Shown here piece after piece: positions 41,856 to 51,884 of a stretch of DNA of 64,000 bases; positions within the stretch are counted from its first letter, which is position 1; the number at the start of each line of letters is the position of its first letter. This DNA comes from Gammaproteobacteria bacterium (lineage in GTDB: Bacteria > Pseudomonadota > Gammaproteobacteria > Eutrophobiales > Eutrophobiaceae). A program made the position numbers and the translations under genes. The stretch covers positions 992,001 to 1,056,000 of the forward strand of contig OZ250183.1 of the NCBI GenBank assembly GCA_965238225.1, read 5' to 3'. The notes under the pieces are model-generated. The model ran no database searches and had not been told where the DNA came from. It saw nothing but the letters and a program-made list of their open reading frames with translations.

Positions 41856-44800
41856 ATGGTAATATTGAACAGTAAGCCTATGCAGTTAATGAGTAGATTA
41901 ATTATGAGTAGATTAATTATGAGTAGATTAATTATGAGTAGATTAATTATGAGTAGATTAAGCACCACCACAAACGATAGCCCAAGCAGTATGTTTGACC
42001 TTGACAGCATGATAAGCCTAACAAAACGCTTGGCACTGACCTTTTTTCTTGCAGGGCTTTTTGCACAGACATCATATGCTCTCACGGTTGATGCACAAAC
42101 AACCAACGATACAACGCCAACAATCACCGGCACACTTGCGACAAATGAGACACTAAGCTCTGTAACAGTAAACGGTGTTGCTACCAATACACCTGTTGTT
42201 GATACCAGCGTAACCCCAACTACATGGCGTGCGGAAGTAGCGGTTTTTAATGCACTTAATGAAGGCACTTACGCAGTCGTTGCAATAGCCGCACTTTCAG
42301 GACTTGGAGGAGGCACCGTCACAAACACTGCCAGCATCACCATAGACAACACAGCCCCAAGCAATCAAAACACAGTCTTTAATTCTAATATCACTGTTGC
42401 CGGCAGTGCGACAGTCACCATCATAAGCTCAGGCGTAGCCAGTAACAGTGTTTGGTTTGCCCCAGCCACCACTACAAACTTTAGTGCAAGTAGCACCATC
42501 ACCCGCGCTGCAAGCGGCACTGCCACTTCGATTACAGCACCTGCAACAGATGGCACCTATAAATTATTTATACAAGACAGCGCAGGTAATGTTTCTAGCC
42601 CATCAACGGCCACCTTAACCGTAGTAGCAGACAACACAGCCCCAACAGCCACACTCGCCTATACCTATGGTACGGGTACTAATACTGCCACACGCGTAAG
42701 CCAAGGCACCAGCATTACCATCACTGCTGACTTTAATGAGGACATAGCATTATTCCCTATCCCGCAGATTACAGGCACTGGTGCACATACTGTCTCTGCC
42801 GCCAACATGACAAGGGTTGATGCAACAAGCTATACCTATGTTTGGACAGTCGGTACTGGTGATGGCACACAAACATTCACCCTAAGCGACGGCACAGACT
42901 TAGCAGGCAATACCATCACCGCGACCCCTGTCTCAGGTGCCAGCATCATCGTAGACAACACAGCCCCCACAGCCACCCTTGCTTATACCTATGGCACAAG
43001 CACTAATACTGCCACGCGCGTAAGACAAGGCACCAGCATCACCATCACTGCTGCCTTTTCTGAGTCTACGAAAGGTAACCCCGCCATGCGCATTGCCGGC
43101 ACTGGCGCACATACTGTCTCTGCCGCCACCATGACAAGGGTCAATGCAACAACCTACACCTATGCTTGGACAGTCGGTACTGGCGATGGCACACAAACAT
43201 TCACTTTAAGCCAAGGGCAAGACTTAACAGGCAATACAGTCACCGCAACCCCCACATCTGGTGCCAGCATCACCGTAGACAACTTAAGCCCCAGCAATCA
43301 AAACACAGTCTTTAATGCTACCAGCAGGGCTGTTGCCGGCAGTGCGACAGTCCCCATCATAAGCTCAGGCGTAGCCAGTAACAGCGTTTGGTTTGCCCCA
43401 ACAGGCACCACAAACTTTGTTGCAGGCAACACCATCACCCGCGCCACAGGCACTGCCACTTCAATTGCAGCCCCTGCAACAGCAGGCGACTATAAATTAT
43501 TTGTACAAGACAGCGCAGGTAATGTCTCTAGCCCATCAACCGCGAGCTTAAGCGTAGACACACAAGCGCCCACCAATCAAAACACAGTCTTTGCTACCAG
43601 CAGGGCTGTTGCCGGCAGTGCGACAGTCGCCATCGAAAGCTCGGGCGTAGCCAGTAACAGCGTTTGGTTTGCCCCAGCAGGCACCACAAACTTTGTCATA
43701 GGCAACACCATCACCCGTGCCACAGGCACCGCCACTTCAATTACAGCCCCCACAACCACAGGCGACTATAAATTATTTATACAAGACAGCGTAGGCAATG
43801 TCTCTAGCCCATCAACCGCCACCTTAAGCGTAGACAATACAGCCCCCACAGCCTACCTGCGCTATTACTTGAAACAAACTGGCGGTAATATCATTGTCAG
43901 TGTCGTAAAAGCAGGGGATGCCATAATTGTTAATGCCAAATTTGACGAGCCCATAGCAGATAGCCCTGTCATGCAAATCACAGGCACTGGTGTAGAGAGC
44001 ATTGCTGCCGCCAACATGACAAAACACAATGCAACAACCTATAACTATGACTGGACAGTAGGCACAGGTGATGGTGCACAAAGCTTCACCCTAAGCACAG
44101 GCACAGACTTAGCAGGCAACACCATCACCGCGACCCCTACCGCAGGGACCAGCATTACCGTAGACAACACAGCGCCTGTACCCACAGTTGACGCACTAGC
44201 CACCAATGACACCACCCCAACCATCACCGGCACAACAGACACAGGCGCAGGGCTTGGCACAGGAGAAAGCCTTTCTGTGACGCTAAACTCTATTACCTAC
44301 ACACCTACTGTTGCTACAGATGGCACTTGGTCTTTTACAGTGGCAAGTGCCAATGCACTTGCTGATGGCAGCTATGAGGTTAGTGCAACATTCACCGATG
44401 CAACCGGCAATACCAGCACAGACACCAGCAGCAACGAACTCACCATAGACAGCACCGCACCAGTATTGGTCTCCTATGCCATCGGAGATGGCAGGCAATA
44501 TCTACTTAGCGAGGTAGCAACAAATGTTGCCACCAATGCCAATATTGTCTTGACCTTTAATGAGGCAGTCATGAAAGGGTCAGTGGTGGGTGCTGGTCTC
44601 ATACTTCGATCAGACGTATCAAACACAGGCGCACAACTTGTAACTACTATACCTGAGGGTGTCATCACCGGCACAGACCCACGCATCACAGTGGCTGGCA
44701 ATACGGTCACCATCAATCCAAGCCTCAACTTTATTGTGGGTAAACATACTTCATTAGCTATCGGATTAGGACTCTTCTCCGACCTTGCCGGCAACGCTTT

Positions 44801-46784
44801 TCCAAATGTGGACAGTCCCTTTATCTTTACTGCATCAGCCACAGCGTCTACCCCCACCAATCAAGACACAGTCTTTGCTGTGAGCGTAAGTGCTATGGCT
44901 AACGAAAAAGTCACCATTGTAAGTTCTGGCAATGCTGATGATATCATCTGGTTTGCACCGGTATTTACTACAAGCGCAGACTTTGTCGAAGGCTCGACCA
45001 TCACCCGTGCTGCAGGTAATGCTACTTCTATTTACGCACCGCAAGCCAGTGGCAGCTATCAATTATCTGTACAAGACCGCGCTGGTAATATCTCCAGCCC
45101 ATCGAAGGCTGCCTTGACTGTCACCGCTGATACCACCAGTCCGAGCTTAACTACCTACGCATTTGGTAGAGACAATACAAGCTATGCACTGACAGACAGT
45201 GCCACAGAGGTGCCAGCCAATGTTGATATTATCCTGAATTTCAGTGAGCGAGTCAGCGCCGGCACAGGTACCATCACCTTAACCCCTACAGGCGGCACCG
45301 CCATAGCACTTGATGTGACAGGCGCACAAGTCACAGCCAATGATACTGATGCTGTCACCATCAACCCGTCCAACAATCTTGATCTGAGTACAGAATACAC
45401 AGTCAATATCCCAGCAGGCGCATTTGTAGACCGCGCAAGCCGTGATGCGACGCAAGCTACTTTTAGCTTTAGCGTATCAGCAACACCGCCCACCCCTGAC
45501 CCTGCAACAGTTAAAGATGTTGTGTCTGGTGTTAACATGCAAGCTGATATAGCAGTCGACTGGACTAAGACCTCAGTAACCACCATTACCAACCGCATGA
45601 ACTGGTTACGCCGCCACAAAGGCAGCAACAACCTGTCTCATCAAGGCATAACCTTAAACTTTGCACATCCGACACTGGACGCACTCTTTAAGGCAGAATA
45701 TAAGGCCAATAATCCCAAAGAAAATAGCCTTGTGAGCCAAGCACGCCTTGCCAACATGGCAAGAACACTGGCCAATAATACCAAGCATAACGCCGACCAC
45801 AGCACGTCTGTGTTTGCTGCGCTCAAACAAGAGCTTAGCGACCGTGCCGCCAATGAATTTGCCAAACTGGCACACAATACCCTAGACAATACTTTAGGCC
45901 ATCTGACTGCCCTAAACCCCTTAAGCGGTAACAGCATCAGTGATAGTATTAGTGATACTTGGGCAATCTGGACTGCCGGCAATATCACCCTAGGTGATTA
46001 TGATGCAACCACCACCACATCTGCACAGGACAGCTTCTCACAAAACATCTCCTTAGGCGTAGACAGATATACAGCCAATGACAAACAGCTTTTAGGTGTT
46101 GCCGTAAGCTTAGGTACAGGTGATGTTGAGATTGGCAATAACGACACAACACTGAATTCAGATGCCATAAGCTTTGCGGTCTACACTGCCCTAGACTTGC
46201 ACAACAACACTGCCATTGAAGGTATGATAGGTGTAGGCGGCATTAATGTAGATACAAAACGCCGTGGCAATGACAATATATTACTCACAGGCAGCCGTGA
46301 CATAAAACAAATATTTGCATCCTTGACCTTCAGAGGTAAATTCCAACAAGAGGATATAAACCTCTCTCCCTATGGCAGGGTTAATGTGTCACACAGCAGT
46401 CTGGGAGACTTTGCTGAATCTGGTTCAGACTTTGCACTGACTTACAACAAACAAGATATAAATAACCTAGTGCTGTACACAGGGCTTGATGTAGACTATC
46501 TCATTGAGCTTAATCAAGGCGCACTGAGACCCTTCGGTGTGGTTGAATACGGTGCTGATATAAGTCCGAGCTCTGACGCTGAACTTTATTACCTGAGCGA
46601 CCCAACCAGACAAATATACACCCTGTCTACAGACGGCAGTGCCACACACAACTTGAAGTTTGGTATCGGTGTTGAATATAAATCCCAAACCGGCGCTTAT
46701 GGTTCAGTAGGCTATGAGCGCACTGAGATCATAGACTCAGGGCACACCGACAGTTTTGACTTCGAGCTTGGTCTTGAGTTTTAG
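41856..46784 (+). CDS. Ig-like-repeat autotransporter-like adhesin 2
   Basis: Same architecture with more modules; the 3' ~1.67 kb is near-identical to adhesin 1. Confidence 0.85.
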   Translation: MVILNSKPMQLMSRLIMSRLIMSRLIMSRLIMSRLSTTTNDSPSSMFDLDSMISLTKRLALTFFLAGLFAQTSYALTVDAQTTNDTTPTITGTLATNETLSSVTVNGVATNTPVVDTSVTPTTWRAEVAVFNALNEGTYAVVAIAALSGLGGGTVTNTASITIDNTAPSNQNTVFNSNITVAGSATVTIISSGVASNSVWFAPATTTNFSASSTITRAASGTATSITAPATDGTYKLFIQDSAGNVSSPSTATLTVVADNTAPTATLAYTYGTGTNTATRVSQGTSITITADFNEDIALFPIPQITGTGAHTVSAANMTRVDATSYTYVWTVGTGDGTQTFTLSDGTDLAGNTITATPVSGASIIVDNTAPTATLAYTYGTSTNTATRVRQGTSITITAAFSESTKGNPAMRIAGTGAHTVSAATMTRVNATTYTYAWTVGTGDGTQTFTLSQGQDLTGNTVTATPTSGASITVDNLSPSNQNTVFNATSRAVAGSATVPIISSGVASNSVWFAPTGTTNFVAGNTITRATGTATSIAAPATAGDYKLFVQDSAGNVSSPSTASLSVDTQAPTNQNTVFATSRAVAGSATVAIESSGVASNSVWFAPAGTTNFVIGNTITRATGTATSITAPTTTGDYKLFIQDSVGNVSSPSTATLSVDNTAPTAYLRYYLKQTGGNIIVSVVKAGDAIIVNAKFDEPIADSPVMQITGTGVESIAAANMTKHNATTYNYDWTVGTGDGAQSFTLSTGTDLAGNTITATPTAGTSITVDNTAPVPTVDALATNDTTPTITGTTDTGAGLGTGESLSVTLNSITYTPTVATDGTWSFTVASANALADGSYEVSATFTDATGNTSTDTSSNELTIDSTAPVLVSYAIGDGRQYLLSEVATNVATNANIVLTFNEAVMKGSVVGAGLILRSDVSNTGAQLVTTIPEGVITGTDPRITVAGNTVTINPSLNFIVGKHTSLAIGLGLFSDLAGNAFPNVDSPFIFTASATASTPTNQDTVFAVSVSAMANEKVTIVSSGNADDIIWFAPVFTTSADFVEGSTITRAAGNATSIYAPQASGSYQLSVQDRAGNISSPSKAALTVTADTTSPSLTTYAFGRDNTSYALTDSATEVPANVDIILNFSERVSAGTGTITLTPTGGTAIALDVTGAQVTANDTDAVTINPSNNLDLSTEYTVNIPAGAFVDRASRDATQATFSFSVSATPPTPDPATVKDVVSGVNMQADIAVDWTKTSVTTITNRMNWLRRHKGSNNLSHQGITLNFAHPTLDALFKAEYKANNPKENSLVSQARLANMARTLANNTKHNADHSTSVFAALKQELSDRAANEFAKLAHNTLDNTLGHLTALNPLSGNSISDSISDTWAIWTAGNITLGDYDATTTTSAQDSFSQNISLGVDRYTANDKQLLGVAVSLGTGDVEIGNNDTTLNSDAISFAVYTALDLHNNTAIEGMIGVGGINVDTKRRGNDNILLTGSRDIKQIFASLTFRGKFQQEDINLSPYGRVNVSHSSLGDFAESGSDFALTYNKQDINNLVLYTGLDVDYLIELNQGALRPFGVVEYGADISPSSDAELYYLSDPTRQIYTLSTDGSATHNLKFGIGVEYKSQTGAYGSVGYERTEIIDSGHTDSFDFELGLEF
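41889..41960 (+). repeat. 15-bp in-frame tandem repeat ATGAGTAGATTAATT (MSRLI), 4 copies plus a partial copy
   Basis: Read directly; three diverged units at the equivalent site of adhesin 1 (38337-38381). Confidence 0.95.
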
Positions 46785-47195
46785 ACTTTAGAGTTTTAGT
46801 TTTTAATGTTTTAGTTTTTAATGTAATATTGACTTAACACATAACAAAAAACCAGCAACACACCGACTGGGCTGCGGCGCACTGATAAAGGATTTAATAG
46901 GCGGGTTTTTTGGTTTTGCTCATCCGCACATTGCACATCCCCCATCGGGTCTTTAGGTTTATAAACAGGGCTTATAAACAGGGCTTATTAATAGTTTCGT
47001 TCAAGTATTTTTTATGCTGGCGCGTGCTTAAATAAGCAGCAATGATTATTACCGATGTCAATTAAAGATGAAGCCTTGCATGTTGGCACATGAGAATTCG
47101 ACCCTGTCTTGAGTGTGTCGGCACCAAAACGACCAATAGTTTTTTTGCTGAATACAAGATTGCAAATAAAGATTCCGGGAAAACGGTCGTGCGTA

Positions 47196-47834
47196 ATGAA
47201 CTATTTTGATCCGAATTGTCGTGCCTGCCCACGCTTGGCAGCGTTTCTTGACGAGGTCAAAAGAAAATATCCTGCTTATCACGCAAAACCTGTCGCACCA
47301 TTTGGTGTGGATGATCCAAGATTGCTCATTGTCGGGCTTGCGCCCGGGATGCATGGCGCAAACGCAACAGGCAGAACCTTTACTGGCGATTATGCGGGTA
47401 TTTTATTGTATAAGGCACTTTACCAACACGGTTTCTCAAATCAGGAATCAGCGACTCATGTTGACGATGGTCTGGAATTGATTGATTGCAGAATAAGCAA
47501 TGCCGTAAAATGCTTGCCGCCTCAAAATAAACCAACAGGGGATGAGGTTAATATTTGTAATCAATTTTTAAAAAGAGAATTAACAACACTTAGAACGGGG
47601 ACTGTCATCTTGGTGCTGGGTACGATTGCACATAGAGCGGCCATTGCAGCGCTTGGTCTTAAGCAGAAGGATTATATTTTTAAACACGGCAATGTTGCGC
47701 CCTTGAGCAATAAAAAATGGCTAATAGATTCCTACCATTGCAGTCGGTATAATACGCAAACGCGCCGATTAACTGAAAAAATGTTTTTCGATATTTTCAA
47801 GAAATCACTTGAATTAATTAACTTAAACTATTAA
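47196..47834 (+). CDS. Uracil-DNA glycosylase (family 5, UdgB-like, Fe-S)
   Basis: C..CPRL, GLAPG.HGAN.TGR.FTGD, KCLPPQNKP, SYHCSRYNTQT; ATG at 47196 preferred over the TTG at 47109. Confidence 0.88.
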   Translation: MNYFDPNCRACPRLAAFLDEVKRKYPAYHAKPVAPFGVDDPRLLIVGLAPGMHGANATGRTFTGDYAGILLYKALYQHGFSNQESATHVDDGLELIDCRISNAVKCLPPQNKPTGDEVNICNQFLKRELTTLRTGTVILVLGTIAHRAAIAALGLKQKDYIFKHGNVAPLSNKKWLIDSYHCSRYNTQTRRLTEKMFFDIFKKSLELINLNY

Positions 47835-47850
47835 TTATAAAGGTATTTAT

Positions 47851-49770
47851 ATGTCTAGTTTATCGACAGAACAGTCATCATCCAGCCTTTCTAAAAAAGG
47901 TATATTCGAGGCGACTGTTTTTTTACAGGCCTTGACAAGCAAGCCTGGGGTCTATCGGATGTTAGATGAGCTTGGCGAAGTGCTTTATGTTGGCAAGGCG
48001 CAAAACCTAAAAAAGCGGGTTGCCAGTTATTTCACCGGTGCTGATACCACGCCGAAGACACGCGCTATGATTGCACGGGTAAAAGACATTGAGGTTACAG
48101 TAACGCGCACCGAAAAGGAGGCTCTGATTCTTGAAAACAATCAAATTAAACTACTGAAGCCTCGTTATAATATCTGCTTCAAGGATGATAAGAGTTATCC
48201 CTATATTTATCTTTCCGCGCAACTAGATTTCCCCAGACTCAGTTATCATCGTGGTGCCAAAGCCAAAACAGGGCGTTATTTTGGTCCGTATCCCAGTGCG
48301 GGCGCGGTTCGCAACACGTTAAATTTAATGAAAAAACTCTTCATGGTTCGACAATGTACAGATAGCTTTTTTGCAAATCGCCAACGCCCTTGTTTGGCAT
48401 ACCAAATTAAACGTTGCTCGGCACCTTGTGTGGCGTTTATTGGCAAAAAAGATTATCAAGAAGATGTCAAACGCAGCATTCTATTTTTACAAGGCAAAAA
48501 TGATCAAGTTATGGATGGTTTGCTTTATCGCATGCAACAGGCCTCTGATGCGCTTAATTATGAGCGCGCTATGCGTTATCGAGACCGAATTAAAAACCTT
48601 AGAAAGGTTCAGGAAAATCAGTACATTACCACTGAAAAAGGCAATATCGACGTGATTGCCTGCGTCTATCGCGAGAATATTGCCTGTGTGTGTGCGTTTT
48701 TTATTAGAAACGGCTTAAATCAGGGCAGCAAGACTTACTTCCCCGAAGACGCGCTTAATACGACTCCAAAATTGATAATAGAGGCCTTTTTAGCGCAGTT
48801 TTACCTGAAAACTTATATGTTTGGCGACTTGCCCGATGAAATATTACTAAGCCATGCGCCTTACAACAGCAAACTCTTAGAAGAGGTGATTAGAGGTCAT
48901 GCGCAAGATAATAAAACTACGCAAGGCGATAAAGCTACGCAAAGGCAGATCAAAATAAAAAACCATTGTCGCGGTGAGCGGGCTAAATGGGTGAAGATGG
49001 CATTGGAAAATGCAGAGCTTTCCCTTCGGCTATGCCTTGCAAATAAAGAAAGTCAGCATCGTCGTACTCGCGAATTAATGCGATTGTTAAATCTTGAGAC
49101 ACCCATTCAGAACATGGAATGTTTTGATATTAGCCACATGAGCGGCGAAGCGACCGTTGCCTCTTGCGTGGTATTTGATGCCAAGGGGCCAAAAAACGCG
49201 GATTATCGTAGATTCAACATCACCAACATTACGCCGGGGGATGATTATGCTGCGATGGAACAGGCTATTACACGAAGATACGCACGTGTAAAAAAAGAAA
49301 ATGCCAAGATACCAGATATTATTTTCATTGATGGGGGGAAAGGGCAGGTGAGTAAGGCGCAAAAGGTTTTGAAGGCGCTGCAGCTTAATGAGCCTATATT
49401 GGTGGGCATCGCCAAGGGGTCTTCCCGTCAGGCAGGTGTAGAGACTTTGATCGTACAACATGGTAAAAATGCTAAAAAATGCCTGCATTTACCCCATGAT
49501 TCACCCGCCTTACATCTGATACAGCACATCAGGGATGAATCTCATCGATTTGCCATTACAGGACACCGACTGCGACGCAAGAAGGCAAGGAATCGGTCGC
49601 CGCTTGAGAACATTGACGGCATAGGTCAAAAACGCCGACAAAATTTGTTGCAATACTTCGGTGGGCTGCAAGGCGTTAGCTCCGCCGCCGCTGAAGACCT
49701 CGCCAATGTTCATGGAATCAACAAGCATTTAGCGCAGAAGGTATATGATACCTTTCATGAAACTCTATGA
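47851..49770 (+). CDS. uvrC: Excinuclease ABC subunit C
   Basis: GIY-YIG PGVYRM..YVGKA, ECFDISH, DGGKGQ, IRDESHRFAI, HhH. Confidence 0.97.
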   Translation: MSSLSTEQSSSSLSKKGIFEATVFLQALTSKPGVYRMLDELGEVLYVGKAQNLKKRVASYFTGADTTPKTRAMIARVKDIEVTVTRTEKEALILENNQIKLLKPRYNICFKDDKSYPYIYLSAQLDFPRLSYHRGAKAKTGRYFGPYPSAGAVRNTLNLMKKLFMVRQCTDSFFANRQRPCLAYQIKRCSAPCVAFIGKKDYQEDVKRSILFLQGKNDQVMDGLLYRMQQASDALNYERAMRYRDRIKNLRKVQENQYITTEKGNIDVIACVYRENIACVCAFFIRNGLNQGSKTYFPEDALNTTPKLIIEAFLAQFYLKTYMFGDLPDEILLSHAPYNSKLLEEVIRGHAQDNKTTQGDKATQRQIKIKNHCRGERAKWVKMALENAELSLRLCLANKESQHRRTRELMRLLNLETPIQNMECFDISHMSGEATVASCVVFDAKGPKNADYRRFNITNITPGDDYAAMEQAITRRYARVKKENAKIPDIIFIDGGKGQVSKAQKVLKALQLNEPILVGIAKGSSRQAGVETLIVQHGKNAKKCLHLPHDSPALHLIQHIRDESHRFAITGHRLRRKKARNRSPLENIDGIGQKRRQNLLQYFGGLQGVSSAAAEDLANVHGINKHLAQKVYDTFHETL

Positions 49771-50318
49771 ATCTGCCTAACATACTGACGCTTAGTAGGA
49801 TTGCCTCGATTCCTATTTTTGTTATTTTTTTCTATTTGCCTGTCAGTTGGAATTACTTGGCAGCTTGCGTGATATTTACTCTTGCAACGATTACCGATAG
49901 CTTAGACGGCTATTACGCACGCAAACTCGGGAAAATATCGCCGTTAGGCATCTTTTTAGACCCAGTCGCCGATAAACTTGTCATCGCAGTGGTGTTAGTA
50001 TTGCTGGTTGAGGATGAGCCTTCGGTTTGGCTGGCTTTGCCGGCAGCGGTTATTATTGGGCGTGAAATTGTAATCTCTGCCTTGCGTGAATGGATGGCGG
50101 AGCTTGGAAAAAGTAGTAAGGTTGCCGTTTCAACTTATGGAAAATTGAAAACCACTTGCCAGATGATAGCCTTAGGCTGTTTGGTTTATCACAATTCTTT
50201 ATTTGGTATTCCTGTTTATATGGTCGGTATGATTTTACTTTATATTGCCACTGTATTGACCTTATGGTCTATGGTTCTTTACATGCGAGCGGCTTGGCCT
50301 CAATTAAAAGACAGTTAA
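49767..50318 (+). CDS. pgsA: CDP-diacylglycerol--glycerol-3-phosphate 3-phosphatidyltransferase
   Basis: NLPNILTLSR, TDSLDGYYAR, FLDPVADK, REIVISALREWMA. Confidence 0.97.
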   Translation: MNLPNILTLSRIASIPIFVIFFYLPVSWNYLAACVIFTLATITDSLDGYYARKLGKISPLGIFLDPVADKLVIAVVLVLLVEDEPSVWLALPAAVIIGREIVISALREWMAELGKSSKVAVSTYGKLKTTCQMIALGCLVYHNSLFGIPVYMVGMILLYIATVLTLWSMVLYMRAAWPQLKDS

Positions 50319-50364
50319 CTTAATATAAAAACAAGTTAATATAGACTCTGACGTTGCAGGTTTC

Positions 50365-50392
50365 TTGACAGTCTGCGGGTCACAGCTAGAAT
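50365..50392 (+). promoter_or_regulatory. Sigma70 promoter of the tRNA operon
   Basis: TTGACA-N16-TAGAAT followed by a GC-rich discriminator. Confidence 0.75.
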
Positions 50393-50404
50393 GTGCGCTC
50401 TTTT

Positions 50405-50479
50405 GCGGGAATAGCTCAGTGGTAGAGCACAACCTTGCCAAGGTTGGGGTCGCGAGTTCGAATCTCGTTTCCCGCTCCA
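50405..50479 (+). tRNA. tRNA-Gly (GCC)
   Basis: GCGGGAA acceptor stem, anticodon loop TTGCCAA, TTCGAAT, 3' CCA. Confidence 0.97.
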
Positions 50480-50521
50480 ATATTTTTAATTTTATTAAAA
50501 AGGTTTGTCATTTAAGGGTAT

Positions 50522-50595
50522 GGCTGAGTGGCAGAGTGGTTATGCAGCGGCCTGCAAAGCCGCGGACGCCGGTTCGATTCCGACCTCAGCCTCCA
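50522..50595 (+). tRNA. tRNA-Cys (GCA)
   Basis: GGCTGAG/CTCAGCC acceptor stem, anticodon loop CTGCAAA, 3' CCA. Confidence 0.96.
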
Positions 50596-50658
50596 TTAAT
50601 TTATACGATATAATCATTATTTCATGGCAAGCCTTAACTAATCACGTACGTTGCCCTT

Positions 50659-50744
50659 GCCCGGGTGGCGGAATTGGTAGACGCAAGGGACTTAAAATCC
50701 CTCGATCATTGATCGTGCCGGTTCGATTCCGGCTCCGGGCACCA
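50659..50744 (+). tRNA. tRNA-Leu (TAA)
   Basis: GCCCGG acceptor stem, AGGGA-CTTAAAA-TCCCT anticodon arm, long variable arm, 3' CCA. Confidence 0.96.
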
Positions 50745-50889
50745 TTTCAGTATTCAGATGAGCAGAAGGTCAGGATTAAGGCTCGTCAAATCTGTTCATA
50801 AAGTTTTTTCGTTACAGTTAGTCTGCGGCATTACAGGCTTAAGCGTTATATGCTGATGTCACCAGAGACGCGCTACAAAGATCGTGTTT

Positions 50890-51351
50890 TTAATTCATAA
50901 ATTCACAGGGCGTACCCGTTTTGAAATACTTATGATACTGCGGAGGTACATCTAAAATAAGACACCGCCAAGGAGGACTTTCGCCAGCATAATATCTCCA
51001 GAGAAGCACGCCCCCGTCAAAGATCCCCTTATAGAGAAAGCACTTAACAGCGAACTGATTCGCGTCTATTCTGCATACGCTGTCGTAAGTCATAGTTTTT
51101 AAACCAATCCAGCCAGGATCGTTTGGGTCAGCGCTTGGTGTATGTCCCATAGCGATTACCATGTCAGCGCCTTTCTTGGCATGTTGAAGTTCTAACATAG
51201 CGACCGATATCTCCGCTCTTCTAGAATAATCTTGATAAGCTGGCAGTGCGATTGTAACCAAAACACCAATGATCGCCATTGTGATCATGAGTTCTACCAA
51301 GGTAAAACCCTGTTGATTCTTTTGCTGTTTGTGTTGTTGTTTATTTCTCAT
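50890..51351 (-). CDS. Type IVa pilin-like protein 1
   Basis: Prepilin site QQG|FTLVELM, hydrophobic helix, ALPAYQDY, Cys-containing C-terminus. Confidence 0.9.
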   Translation of the reverse strand: MRNKQQHKQQKNQQGFTLVELMITMAIIGVLVTIALPAYQDYSRRAEISVAMLELQHAKKGADMVIAMGHTPSADPNDPGWIGLKTMTYDSVCRIDANQFAVKCFLYKGIFDGGVLLWRYYAGESPPWRCLILDVPPQYHKYFKTGTPCEFMN

Positions 51352-51620
51352 GAAAGTCTGTCATCTGGGGTGTTTTTTTTATTGTTCTCCGCTTTACCTT
51401 AATGATGATCTAAATAAAATTGATCCATAAATATTAGCCGCTGTCCGTTATCCTGTTCTGTAAGTACCACACTACGCCCCTATTGCGGCTTAATCAATAA
51501 ATCTTTACCCCGTTTTTTTTGAATACTTTCTCGAATACCTTTACTAAAGTATAAAGTCAATCTAGCGACAAAGGGCGCAACATATCCTACGAAGAACGTA
51601 CAATCTTAGGAAGTAAAACC

Positions 51621-51655
51621 AGCCACCGTATTGCTGATTTAGCAATACGGTGGCT
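51621..51655. repeat. Perfect 15-bp inverted repeat between divergent genes
   Basis: AGCCACCGTATTGCT-GATTT-AGCAATACGGTGGCT. Confidence 0.85.
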
Positions 51656-51884
51656 CAATCGCTAATGCGGCTTGTGTTGAAAAATTTAAGGTGTTTACGA
51701 GAGACTTAACAGCTGTCAAATACCCGTAAAACTTGGATATTAAAGCCTTTTAAATTAAGGTTTTAATATAAGTCTTTAGAATTGATGGTTTTTCAGTGAT
51801 TTTAAATGTAGAATCGCTAAGATATGATGTTTAAGAATTCTAGTAACTCCTAAATACAGGACAATCTGGCAAAAACCAAACAGT

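Noticed and set aside
38030-46784. Orphan tail versus adhesin 3' ends as the template/variable repeats of a diversity-generating retroelement
   Set aside because: Only a few differences, not clearly adenine-specific; the region encodes barrel strands rather than a ligand-binding tip; no reverse transcriptase in the window
46840-46990. Possible riboswitch or sRNA between adhesin 2 and udg
   Set aside because: Only weak stems next to A/T runs; no recognisable family consensus
50365-50801. ORFs 50365-50613 and 50505-50801
   Set aside because: They overlap the three tRNA genes and are spurious
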